Positions 52,601-64,000 of a DNA stretch of 64,000 nt are shown one piece after another. The stretch is from Phoronis australis. Taxonomy: Eukaryota > Animalia > Phoronida. Every line of letters starts with the position of its first letter. Position 1 is the first letter of the stretch. Location of the stretch: contig NMRA01000306.1 of assembly GCA_002633005.1 (NCBI GenBank), forward strand, positions 50,201 to 114,200, in the 5' to 3' direction. The position numbers and the translations under genes were made by a program. The notes beneath the pieces were generated by a model. That model saw only the letters and a list, made by a program, of their open reading frames with translations, had not been told where the DNA came from and ran no database searches.

Positions 52601-53556
52601 ATAGCAATATTTTTGTACTAAATACCTTTAACATGACTTGTGAAACTAGATCTGCACTTAATTTTATTTTGATTAAAAAAAAGTTCCAGTCTTTTTGATA
52701 AAGACATAAGTCGACCAGATACAGACAAAAACAGAAATAATGTGATGTATTACAGCTAATTGACTTGAAAGATATTCAATTTTACCCAAAACAGCTGTAA
52801 TTAGAAACAAATCTCTGTGCGATGAAGAGTAGTAAATGTCTTCCCAAATCTTATACTTTTAAGAAATGATTTTCAAAGTGCAGTACAAGCCAAAACTATT
52901 CAGACAATAAGCAGGAGTAGCCCATCGGGATGGCTGATATTGTAGGAGTAGTGCTCCCTCATGACCAGGAAGGAAGGGGAATGAAAAACAAACTTAGTAA
53001 AGTTACTAAGTCATTTTGTAATTAGAATTTATTAACAGTCATTTTTGCTGTTAACAAAATTAGCCACGGTGACAGGAAAACAGTATTTTATCTGATTACT
53101 TTGTTTTGTACTGTAGTGGCTGATGGCACTTTTTTAATTTAATTTGATATGAGGCAACTTTCTTATATGTTTATGTGTTAGCACAAGACCACAGTGTTCC
53201 TAGCAGAGACTATACAGCTCTGATATATTCTGATTCATGACTAGTCATAGAAATGATGCCCTGTAACATAGCAAAGAAGGGTGGCCCTCGCAACAAGGGC
53301 ACAGATTGGTCCCATCTACACCAAATAATTGTCTTTCATTTTTAATTCAATGTTGATATCCTCTCAGTAACACCAACACCTTTATAAGCTCAGTGTCCAG
53401 GTATAACTTCACTGGTATTAGTTCCTAGTATTGATATAAACCTTTTCTTACATACTGTTCACCTGTATTATTCTGCTGATACAATATACATAATAATACA
53501 TTATGTACAGATTGATAATAACAAAATAACAATTGCTATTTTATGTACTCTTATTT

Positions 53557-53718
53557 GATGATATCACAACACACGAAGGCTCTACTTATACAATGATCAA
53601 TATCACAGCACCAGAAGGTACTATGTATACGATGACATCACAGCACCAGAAGGTACTATGTATACGATGATATTACAGCACCAGAAGGTACTATGTATAT
53701 GATGATATCACAGCACCT
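53557..53718. repeat. 35-bp minisatellite, ~4 copies
   Basis: TCACAGCACCAGAAGGTACTATGTATACGATGACA units. Confidence 0.85.
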
Positions 53719-54278
53719 ATATGCACTTATACTTGATACTTATACGCATGTACAATATCACAACACAACACAACACAACACAACAGGGCACATTTACAAC
53801 AACTTAAACACATACAATGGAGTCCACACACCACAAAACAATGAATTCATACAATGGTATAACAATGGCAACTGATAATGAGAGTAGAAACAACTCAAAA
53901 TCACAGACCAGGAGAGTGATTAACCAGCAGGGCATATGCTTTGTATCATTTTTTCTCACCACTAAGTGCAGTGGACCTAAGGACTCAGTCACACCAAGGT
54001 AGTTCCACAAATGGGCAAAAACCCATTGGGAACTAAGAGTGTAACACTCTGAATATCAACTCTCTCAACAGTCACATTCAGGACATGTTTTTCCCATTTC
54101 GTATGTTCCCACCCAATTTCACAAAGATTTTAACCAAGATGGGCTTGGACATTCTAAAATGACTTTGGTGTGATAAGAGATTTATTTAACTAGCAAACAA
54201 CCTATAATTAGCATACAAATTGGGAAACAAATTAGGTAAATGCATACTTATGCAGAAACAAATGAGAAATCAACTCAC

Positions 54279-54372
54279 TTGGCAACATTCAAGGCAAGAC
54301 CTTTGATGCTTGACATTGTCAAAAGTTGAAAATCTTTTCCATCTCCAACAGGGGGAATTGCAGGTTTTCCAC
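54279..54372 (-). CDS. Uncharacterised helical protein exon
   Basis: tatttcag / gtgagt, phase 1-2; GGKPAIPPVGDGKDFQLLTMSSIKGLALNVAK. Confidence 0.7.
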
Positions 54373-54757
54373 CTGAAATAGATGCATTTGATCATTTTAC
54401 AGATAGATTAAGTAATGAAAATTTATAATCTTGCAAGAATCATGGTACTTCTTGACGATATGCGTGATATGCTAAGTAAACATACATTTGTATTATAAGG
54501 TGATACGTTTTGCCTTGAGCATGGTGATCAGGGATTTGAATTTGAGGCTAATATCAAATGCTAATCAATATAAATTGTACCTAAATTACATAACTGATCT
54601 ATCAACCACGGTCGTTTTAATATGATTCGTGTCAAAGAATTAATCCAATTTCTTAGCCATAAAGTCACAACAAACTACACAGAAACCTGATAACAGCTGA
54701 ATTTTACTGGATTTTTTGACAGTTACACAAATAAGAAATGATTATGTTAGCGCTTAC

Positions 54758-54859
54758 CTATGTTTTCTGTCTGTGAAATCCGTGCCTTTTGCACAGTGTC
54801 AGCTAGGGACTCCTTGACTAATTTGATGATTTGGAGCAAGGCAAGGTAGCCAGTCACCT
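54758..54859 (-). CDS. Uncharacterised helical protein exon
   Basis: Phase 1-1; QVTGYLALLQIIKLVKESLADTVQKARISQTENI; acceptor preceded by TACTTAAC; gtaagc donor. Confidence 0.75.
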
Positions 54860-55114
54860 CTGAATACAGTTAAGTACTACTATTTAAATCACACAAAAGC
54901 AACGCAAAGTGTTGATATGCAACCACTGTGTGCATCACATATAGGGCAGAAGATACAACTCGTAATCATTATAATGTTAAATATTCCCATTAAAGAGAGA
55001 AATGTAAACTTAAAATAGCAAAAGTTACAAATGTTCTCTTCAATAGGAACACCCTTCAATGTGGTTCTTCAAGTAGTTTGGAGGATATGGAGGTGAGCAA
55101 CAAAGAACAAAAAC

Positions 55115-56322
55115 AACTAGAAAGATTATTGTCACGGCGTGACAATAACGGACTCTGCGCGTGCGTATTACTGGAATTATTATGGGAAGTTACTGACAGC
55201 AACCCGTTTACCAATATGAAAAGGAATTATTTAAAATTGTAGGAGAAATTACATATTAATTTTTTGATGACCTTACCACTAATTAACCTCTTCCGGTGCA
55301 TTATGAGCCCCGATGAGGGAGTAATTGCTAACTCGATTAAAAGTGTGATTAATGCTAATAATCACAGATGTTTTACTTTAAGCACTTCAGAATACAAGAT
55401 GAATGAAGTGGTCAAACTTTCAGAAGAAAAATGCACCTAATGACCCCATGGGTGCACCAAATGACCAGAAAATTTAGAATTCAAACTCAATCGCACTTAG
55501 TAAACAGATAGGTAATTCTGAAGTCTCTAGCTCAAAATTTTAGTTTGCACTCAATGACCTCTGACCTATTTTTTCTGATTGGTTAGGCCAATTGCAAAGT
55601 AAAGTAGGGTATTCACTTGGCATGTTGACTTACACCAGTGTGCTCTGAAATTGAAAAGAATTCCTTGAAAAGTGTAAGAGATATAACATTTTGAAAGTTA
55701 CATGACCTTTGCACTAATTGACCTTATCCAGTGCATTTCAAGCATCTTTAGGAGAATTATTGCAAAGCCCATGGAAAATGTGTTTAACGCTGAGAATCAC
55801 AGTTGTCTAACGGTTGACACATCAGAATACTTGCTGATTGAAAACGTCAAATTTTCAGAAGAAAAATGCAACTAATGACCCCATGAAACTTTGGATTCCG
55901 ATTTGATTTACCTGTGGCAATCAGACCTGTCAATTTGAAGTGTCTAGGTCAAAATTTTAGTTTGCACCTAATGACCTTTGACCTATTTCACCTGATTGGA
56001 TGAACCGATTACTTAGAAAAATAATTGTTTAAATTGTCATGTTGACAAATACCTGTGCACCGAATTTGAAAATGAAGTAGTATTTTGAAAATTATATGAC
56101 CTTTGCACCAAACGACCTCTTCCGGTGCAATATGGAATATGATTATATAACCAATCAAAATTTATATACTGTCAAAAGTCATATGCTGAATTTAAAAACC
56201 GTACCTGCACCCAATTTGGAGTTATTAAGCCTCAAAGTTGGTCGGAAGAAGAATAAGAATAAGAACAAAATTGAAGAAAACCCAGGAACAACAGTACTCT
56301 GCGCTTACACGCGCAGAGTAAT
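55115..56322 (+). mobile_element. Helentron/DINE-1-like non-autonomous rolling-circle element
   Basis: AACTAG start in an A-rich site; 5' hairpin TTATTGTCACG/CGTGACAATAA; subterminal ACTCTGCGCGTG; ~430-bp internal tandem duplication with TGACCT motifs; (AAGAAT)n; 3' hairpin TACTCTGCGC-ttacac-GCGCAGAGTA. Confidence 0.72.
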
Positions 56323-56544
56323 AAAAAGGGCACCAGGGGATGCAATGTAACACAAATCTGTGAGAAACACGGCCTGTACTGTTGTCTACGTGATGGATAC
56401 TTATTTGCCAAAATTCATGAACATCTGTGGAGGACTTTGATAGATATCAAGATAAACACAAAGAAAAAAAACAAAATTGGCAGTAAGAGACTGTGTAGTA
56501 GTCAGATTCGACCCAAAATCCAAATATGCTGTACTTCACAATAA

Positions 56545-56580
<36 letters not shown>

Positions 56581-56615
56581 CACACTCACAAACACAAACA
56601 CACACACACACACAG

Positions 56616-56650
<35 letters not shown>
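56545..56650. repeat. (CA)n microsatellite
   Basis: Interrupted CA run. Confidence 0.97.
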
Positions 56651-56654
<4 letters not shown>

Positions 56655-57231
56655 AGATCCACAGGAAGTTTTTTATGAACATCTGACCATAGCTTTGGAG
56701 ATACAGCAGCTGGCACTCGACGGACACTAGATGGATGGACAGATAGGAATGACAGTATAACTTGCCCACGTATAAATATAAAATAATAGAGAAGAACACC
56801 ATATCAAATCCGAAACTGCACGGAGCACAAAACACAGAGGCACAGCTCCTATATGCTCGAAAACAAAGTAGACATTTTTCAGTTTACGCTATTTCCCAAT
56901 AATTTATGTATCTTATGCTTAAATACAATGAGAAAACTTCACCCCAGCTGTATCTGGTTCTAGTTTCAATTATTTAGTAACTCCCAATAACCCATCAAAT
57001 GCCACACTGATGTTGTTTCACAATTACTAACTGAGTGTATGGAAGAATGATCTGTATTCATTAAAAAAAAAACAATACCACAGTGGCATCCCAAAAACAT
57101 GAGGACAGTTATAGTGCTCTTGAAAACAGAAAATTCAAACTCGACTGAAATTGCAAAATTACTGTACTTTTTTGAACAATGGTGAAACAAGGCACAGTCT
57201 CACCAGCATCCTCTTTGCAATATGGTCTCTG

Positions 57232-57358
57232 TTCATGTTTCACAGTGAAACAGTCTATTTCATTTAACTAACCATTCATGTTTCACAGTGAAAAAGTCTA
57301 TTTCATTTAACTAACCATTCATGTTTCACAGTGAAACAGTCTATTTCATTTAACTAAC
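57232..57358. repeat. 43-bp tandem repeat x3
   Basis: TTCATGTTTCACAGTGAAACAGTCTATTTCATTTAACTAACCA units. Confidence 0.92.
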
Positions 57359-58711
57359 ACAGTGAGTTAATTACCATTCCTAATTCCACACAATAACACC
57401 ATGGACCAACTGGAGTTAAGGATTTCTTCCATGGGAAGCACCTCCACTACTAATTTCAATAACTCCATTTTTGAGTTCACGACTTACGCTTCACTTAATT
57501 AGCATTGCGTGGGCCTTAAGTGAAAGATACTCTAGCATTGGATGTTGGCTTCCCATGATTGAATATGACTTTGATCCATTAATCATTAAATGTAAGGTTG
57601 GGAACAAATGTATACTGAGTGGTAAAATAGCTCAACTATATACTTGATACACAAAAACCTCCCACTTTTTAAAAATATACACCTATGCAGAACAAATACA
57701 TTATCATAAACAATCACCACTGATTTAGTAAGAGAACCTAGCTAGACATTAACTTGTAATCACAGTAAACCTCCTTTAATTACCCTACCAGTACACTCCA
57801 ATTTACCCACGGAGATAATCTAATTAGGTGGATCCCAGAGGCAGTTTCATCAAGACAAGCAATAATCAATACCCAAACAAAATTTAGCAACACTGCCTTC
57901 TGCATTATGTAACAGGCATGAATCAATGCGTCTAATGAATACCCAGACACACAATGGGACTGTTGTTTTATTGAGCAGCCCAACTGAAGATATCTGACAG
58001 TTCACTTTAATCATAGCAAAGGGGGATGGGTGGGGTGCTGTGTCTTTAGCAAAGAGGAGCCCTCCACATAAAGTCTGAGGGATTCTCATAAGCTCCATAA
58101 ATCCAAAACTGATTGGATTCAGAGGTCATGTATCTCAGACAGTGTGACCAAGCCTTCAAGTACAACTGTACTTAGTAGCATTAAAACACTCTTGAGACAC
58201 ACTTTAAAGTCAACACCCTATAGGAAGTGAGACAGGAGAATGTTCTCTTAAAAAGAAACAACCAGACTGATGAACATGGTAAGTTGCCAACTTCAACAGA
58301 CATTATTTTCAACATGGTTAAAGCCTTCTCTGTGAGACACACTCCCATATTCACTCTCTAATAACTGCATGGTGGTGTACACTGCCAGTCAAGTGGCACC
58401 ACTGTGTTGCTCAGACAGGTTACACAATGGAAGAATGCAATTTGGGACATGTCAACACAGGAGCAGCAGTTGCATTGCACATTATTTCTCTTTTCCTCTG
58501 CTGTAGTGGATCAATTTTTGTGGTTCAAACAATGAAAACGTTTAATGATAGACTCAATGTTGATAATCCTGAAATCTTGTTGCCACAAACAGACAGTGGT
58601 TATCACTGACACGTGCCTATTTTAATCCCAATTTGTACAAAGCTTTCATTGTTGCCACTTGGGAAAGGTGAGGTAGCGACTAATGGACTGACTTTTTATT
58701 ATTAGATGTAA

Positions 58712-58983
58712 TGGGCTACCCAGAGTCCTGGCAATACTCCCGGCTACACCGAGAGTCCTGGAAATACTCCTGGCTACCTAGAGTCCTGGCAATACTCCCT
58801 ACTACCCAGAGTACTGGCAATACTACCGGCTACACCGAGAGTTCTGGCAATACTCCCGGCTACCCAGAGTCCTGGCAATACTCCCGGCTACCCAGAGAGT
58901 CCTGGCAATACTCCCGGCTACACCGAGAGTCCTGGCAATACTCTCAACATAATGGGCTACCCAGAGAGTCCTCGCAATACTCC
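58712..58983. repeat. ~29-31-bp minisatellite, ~8 copies
   Basis: GGCTACCCAGAGTCCTGGCAATACTCCC units with indels. Confidence 0.92.
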
Positions 58984-59327
58984 AAACATAAGAAAATCCA
59001 ATCAAAACATTCAAAATGTAGGCTTGTAAAATTATATTAAAGTGAAGAACCCTTTTTTGCACCATACTGTATCACTGCAAGAACACAGAACAAAGAACGA
59101 AAGGCAGAAAATAGTTGTATTGAATAGGGGTTTGAATCGAAAGTCATGTAAATATTCTCATGCAACATAGAAAAATGTAAGTCAAAAAGCCTAACTGTTC
59201 ACAACATTTGGCAATTTATGGCACTGATTCAAAATGTATAAGAGCAACCAAATTTATGTGTGATACTGTTCAAGGTAGCTGGATTTAAGTCAAAATGAAA
59301 CTTGTAATCAAAACCAACTTTCACCTG

Positions 59328-59865
59328 AAGCGTGTTCAAAAGACTGAGCGCCCGCTAGCATGTACTCGTGAACACAAGGAACAGCTCCTGAACAGCTGTG
59401 AGCGCTCAATGTGCGATCCAGTATGGCGACTCTGAAGCAGATTGTGTTGAACGTCTTAGCCGATGAGCTTAACACTAACAGTCCTTCCTATGGCGTACTG
59501 AGCGATATATATGATTAATCTTTGCCAATATTAATATCGGCAGCCCAAGACAATAACCGTGAAGGCTTTGGAATGACAAGAATCGAAAATTACGTCGAGG
59601 AAACTGTTCCTCGCTACAGTGACCCGCAATTGAAGTCGCACTTTCGGATGAGTCGGTCAACTTTTGAGGTTAGTTTTTGTGTTGCAGAACCATAATGGGT
59701 TCATATGTTGCAGATGTGAAGCCTTGGCAGGACGCCACCTTTGAAATCTAAGCGAACATGCTCTCGAGGTTGTTTGCGAGCGCTCGCGAGTGCTAACGTA
59801 AACACAGCTGTTCAGGAAGAGGGCACTCAAATCGCTCATGGGTGCTCACTCTATTGAACACGCTT
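59328..59865 (+). mobile_element. PIF/Harbinger (CWG-TSD, Nuwa-like) deletion derivative
   Basis: CTG|AAGCGTGTTCAA.AGA.TGAGC.CCC TIR|CTG; internal MATLKQ...IENYVEETVPRYSDPQLKSHFRMSRSTFE|gttagt (59423-59668, one stop), a HARBI1-like N-terminal exon. Confidence 0.82.
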
Positions 59866-59895
59866 CTGATTTGCGATCCATTAGCAAAAGGATAC

Positions 59896-60085
59896 GTGCT
59901 AGCCTCATCACCGTGACAACGCCCTCTAACCCCTCTGACTTCATGCTGGCCTCTGTCTCCCAGAACAACCGTTTTCTCAGCTGCTCATTGGATAGTGGAA
60001 TCACATGATCTATAGCCTCATTGAACTCTTCATCACTCAAAATGCCAGCCTCTTGACCAGGATGAAGAATCAACCTTGCTTCAGA
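59896..60085 (-). CDS. Uncharacterised helical protein exon (degenerate EF-hand-like)
   Basis: tctctgtag acceptor; SEARLILHPGQEAGILSDEEFNEAIDHVIPLSNEQLRKRLFWETE...VVTVMRLA; phase-1 donor GTATCCTTTT. Confidence 0.8.
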
Positions 60086-60512
60086 CTACAGAGAAAAAAT
60101 ATTTGTTTGTAGCTTTCAGTAACAATTAGAGCTGACAAACGATCATCAAACAGGGTGATAACTGGAGAGCAGACTGCACAAGAGGAAGAAACTGTGGCCA
60201 TATGTAAAGACATCAGAGGATAAACACAAAACAAGAAGTTTAATGTGTCTATGAGGTTTGATTCACTACAAACCAATCAATACTGTAATTTAACAAATGC
60301 AAAACCATTACATTTCTGTCTATACAAAGAACTAACTCACAACCGGAGCTCAAAGAACTTAAACTTCCACATCAACTAATAACAATATGACCCATCAATA
60401 CACAATAAGCACTTATACATGTCTGCTGAGAACAGATAATTTCATACTTAGTCTAGTACATGGTTTCAATTTACCACTGGAAAGTAAACTCTATCAACTG
60501 CTAACAACTTAC

Positions 60513-60638
60513 TTCAAGGAAACGTGGTTCCCGATATTTCAATATCATATACAGAAGATATTCGTACACAAGTTCCCGTGAAATTTTGTGTTCGCTGAAA
60601 GATGTGTATCCCATTTGTAAGGATTCAAGGTCATCTTC
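60513..60638 (-). CDS. Uncharacterised helical protein exon
   Basis: ttttgcag / gtaagt, phase 0-0; EDDLESLQMGYTSFSEHKISRELVYEYLLYMILKYREPRFLE. Confidence 0.82.
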
Positions 60639-62236
60639 CTGCAAAACAGAAGGCAGTAGAATTGTTGTGACGGAATGTTCTATCAGTCAACAGTAAATTA
60701 TAATTAAAGATATATTGAGTGCTGTTTAAATAACATGACTATTACCTTTGCACATCTCATTTCACAGAATGGCGACAGGCAATCATTGCTTTGATTTAAT
60801 TTTTTGAATGTGATAAAAATCAAGTCATGAAATAAGGCAAGTTAATACTTCTATTTTTCAATCTCCAAATCATGTGAATACTAAGTACAAACTGTTTATG
60901 AATTCACCACACAATTTAATCAATCAAAACTGGTCCACGAGACTGGCAACATCGTTTTCCCATCAAAAACAATTACCAGCAATTGATCAATAATCCTAAT
61001 TGCTGTATGACAATATATTTCAACTATTTAAAAATAGTTATTGCTGAGTAGAGAGCACTCATGGCATTGATAGCAAGACAAATAAAATTCAGTTTCTTTA
61101 TTCCTTTATCTACAAAAGTACAACTAAAAATTTCTGCCAAGAATTTTTAACATGAGAGCTAGTGGCTGTCAAAAATGATTATTTTAACACTCAATGAAAA
61201 GTCAGAATTTTTGAAAACCGATTTTGCTGGGTAAAAGCCGTCACACAAACTTCTGTATTCAACACAATATAGGAAGGGAATGTGTAACTTTTGTGCAAAA
61301 ATAAAAATAACAGGAAGTTTCAGTGATCTCCATGAAAAATTAAAATTTTGTAGAAACAAGACTATATGACTACATGACTAGAGTGCACAAAATTCATTTC
61401 CGCGATTGCTAAGGAACCACAAAATGCTAGGGGTTGAAGATTGGAACAAAGACATTCAAAAAGTTTGTCCCTTGGTTATGAGGACACAAAACACACATTC
61501 AAAAAGTGCAATAAAATCTGACCAATTTCAAACAAAAATAAATGTCAGTTTGCCCTATTTTAATTTTCAAGAGCTTCTAATTTTGTTATGAATGCTCATT
61601 TTACTGTATTAGGACAAAGAGACCTGAAATACCTAGTAAGTAGCTGGGCATAGCCTTACCTCACCACTGAGAATGAAAGGGAACTAGAGAAAAGTTAGCA
61701 AGGTGGCTAAGCTATTCTGTATTTAGAATTTTGTCACTTTAATAATAAGTTATTACCAGTCATTTGTGCTGTTAATACAATTAGCCATAAGGACCGGAAA
61801 ACAATATTTTGTCCATTTACTTTTTCCGTGTACTGCAAGTGGTTACATGAACATTAGGATCCACTGATACATTGGTGTTCAAAGTAGTTGAATTTCATCA
61901 AAAGTCATGAGGCTTCATCAAAGTTATAGTGAAATGCAAGAAGTCAACTATGTTGGATACTTCTGCTTTGAAATTTTGCTAATTTTTGACGAGAAAAAAA
62001 ATTTTACTAACTTCAAATTACTGCATTTAGAGTAGGCACATGTATTTGAATATGATTGAATGTTTCAATATGGTACTAACCTAAATCTGGGTGAGGGAAT
62101 TTTTGCAATTATTCGTAACAAGGAGATGTCAATTAGCTACATTAAGTGTTATTTTTGTAATTGACAGGCACCCACTTGTAACATCTTGTGAAAGCATAAA
62201 ATGACTAGTACAATAGTTCATATAACTTATTCTTAC

Positions 62237-62389
62237 CCCCAAGAAAGGATAGATGACTGATGCGAAGGCTCTGTAGTCTTCCACTGTCTGCCAGTCAACC
62301 AACTGGATGAGGTCTGAGACGAGAAGGATGTACCGAAAGGCTGCAGCGTCTAGATTACCAATCAACAAGTGACCAAACACTTGAATTGT
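62237..62389 (-). CDS. Uncharacterised helical protein, first exon visible in window
   Basis: tgttttag / gtaaga, phase 0-0; TIQVFGHLLIGNLDAAAFRYILLVSDLIQLVDWQTVEDYRAFASVIYPFLG. Confidence 0.8.
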
Positions 62390-63564
62390 CTAAAACACAA
62401 CAAGACGACAAAGGCTTGAAGTAGCCATGTATGAACCAGCATCAAGCTCACCTAATCAGCAAGCAGAAATGGTCGCATTACTTAATGAGGTTTAAGTAAG
62501 TGGTCAATTGGCTGGGTCTTTACTGAAGACAATTTTTGAAGTCTGTGGCTAAGGCCACACTGTGTGTGTGTGGTTCGGGAATTTGATTGTTCATGTCTCG
62601 CAGGATGAGCGACCACATGAATTTGGTTGCAGTTAGGGAGTTAGCCAGGGGAGCATTGTGTGTAGTATACTCTGCTGTGAAGTCATCATCGCGCATATAT
62701 TGGTTGAGATGCTGCATTATGTGCGGCTAGCACTTAGAACAATTAGGAGTCATAATGATGCACTCAATCAACATGTCTGCATGATTAATCACTGTATATT
62801 GATGCACACGTTTGGGTTACTTAGTCCAAAAGGAAAACGTCTGTCTCTAAGATTTGAGATTATACGGAGCTCTTGAGAGCATCATGTCTCAGAAATCAGA
62901 TTTATATAAAAACGAAATTTATACACTGTTTTCAAAAATAGGACTTTGATCATTTTCATGACAAATTGCATAAAACAAAAATAAATTTAATAATCATTTA
63001 GAAAACTGTAACAAAGTTTTTGAGATTTCATCTTGAACATTTATATCAAACAAAATTTTTCAGTTTTTGATATCGGTACTTTGCAATGGATGCATCCTTC
63101 TTTTTCCCTAAATTTCAATAAAAAGACACGGTCACGTGACCCAATTAATGACAGGTTAGTAGAACATCAAAAATTAAACATTTCAAAAGCTTTCCACTTT
63201 CAGAAAATGTAAACTTTTACAATGTTTGGCTAAACACAGACTTGCTGATAAGATCCTGAAAAAATTAAAAACAAACTGCTATATGATGTACTATTATGAG
63301 TAAGACTACACAGGGTGTGACAAAATAAAAACAAAACTCTTACAATAACAAAGACATGTTAAAGCTTTTCAGAAATCTTGAATGTTTGCAAAACACCATA
63401 ATTTGGTATGTATTACTAAGTAAAAACAGCTTCGGCAATGGTCAAAGTGGACTCATATGATCTAATGCTGTGCAGCACAATAAAGTCACACAGCCAATTC
63501 CAAGAATACCAGAAGCTCTTAGAGAAAGTCGCAGATAAAAAAAAGATTCTGCAGGGCGTATTAA

Positions 63565-64000
63565 AGTGTACTCAACATGACTCTAGTACCTCAAAATAAA
63601 TTTTATTATTATATCTTACTTGATTTCAGTGCCTTTAGTGCACAGCTCATAAAGAAACACGTAAAAATTGAAAAAAATAATAATTATGTACAACGTCATG
63701 AGTTGAACCCAAGTCGTTCGGCACACTGTTCGGATCAGCAACTAAGTGTATAGAGTGAAGTGAAAGTAAAGTATATTTAGCGTCGAGAAGGTTCGTAGAG
63801 GGATGAAAAGATGTGTTTGCGGATGCTGCAGCAACAGCAGTCAGACGGAGAACGTCTCGGTGTTCCCGGGACGCCAAAGTTGCGCAGTAGTGGCATCGCT
63901 TCGTGCGCCAAACGAGAGTGTGGGACCTCGGCGTGGACCAAGCGATTCTGTCCGGGGCCACTCTGTGTTCTGCCCACTTTGAGGAGTCGTGTTTCGACTC
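63565..64000. mobile_element. Kolobok-like element, copy 2 (inverted, runs off the window)
   Basis: TTAA|AGTGTACTCAAC...; reverse complement of ~31623-32051; THAP stub from ATG 63803. Confidence 0.8.

Larger units (their letters stand above)
54860..59895 (-). other. Candidate U12-type (minor spliceosome) GT-AG intron
   Basis: 5' splice site GTATCCTTTT; branch-site-like TACTTAAC (54869-54876) followed by only 9 nt (tgtattcag) to the 3' splice site; no long polypyrimidine tract; phase 1. Confidence 0.75.

Noticed and set aside
56447-56835. CV/HT-repeat ORFs
   Set aside because: Translation of the (CA)n microsatellite.
58711-59040. Repetitive 109-aa ORF (ESWQYSRL)
   Set aside because: Translation of a minisatellite whose units shift frame.
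61660-61666. 7-nt microexon (ttctcag|tggtgag|gtaagg) on the minus strand
   Set aside because: It would frameshift the phase-0 join of the flanking exons; without RNA data it could be a poison exon or chance.
62520-62717. Further upstream exon of the minus-strand gene
   Set aside because: No convincing phase-0 donor to join exon 62389; left unassigned.

Overview
Eukaryotic (invertebrate-animal-like), intron- and transposon-rich genomic DNA; nothing prokaryotic. Three spliced genes were reconstructed by hand with GT-AG boundaries and consistent exon phases. (1) + strand, 12 exons from 251 to 18104, 5' end upstream of the window: a VWDE-like protein (VWD, Cys-rich, EGF, IPT-like), here followed by a TSP1 repeat, a transmembrane helix and a cytoplasmic tail. 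(2) - strand, 22899-19582: a complete 190-aa myristoylated neuronal calcium sensor (neurocalcin/NCS family). (3) - strand, about 62389-49602, 5'-incomplete: an uncharacterised helical protein whose 5-kb intron 54860-59895 carries U12 (minor spliceosome) signals. Introns and intergenic DNA hold many decayed transposons: CA..TG elements with 5-bp target-site duplications (TSDs), one family carrying a tRNA-derived Pol III promoter; a 9.2-kb Academ element with a nested ISL2EU element; two Kolobok-like copies with convergent THAP and P2X7-ballast/KolX-like stubs; a Harbinger/Nuwa-type deletion derivative; Tc1/mariner-type elements; a Helentron/DINE-like element; and a truncated L2/CR1 LINE. There are also minisatellites and an 869-N assembly gap. 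All family assignments come from motif recognition, not database searches.
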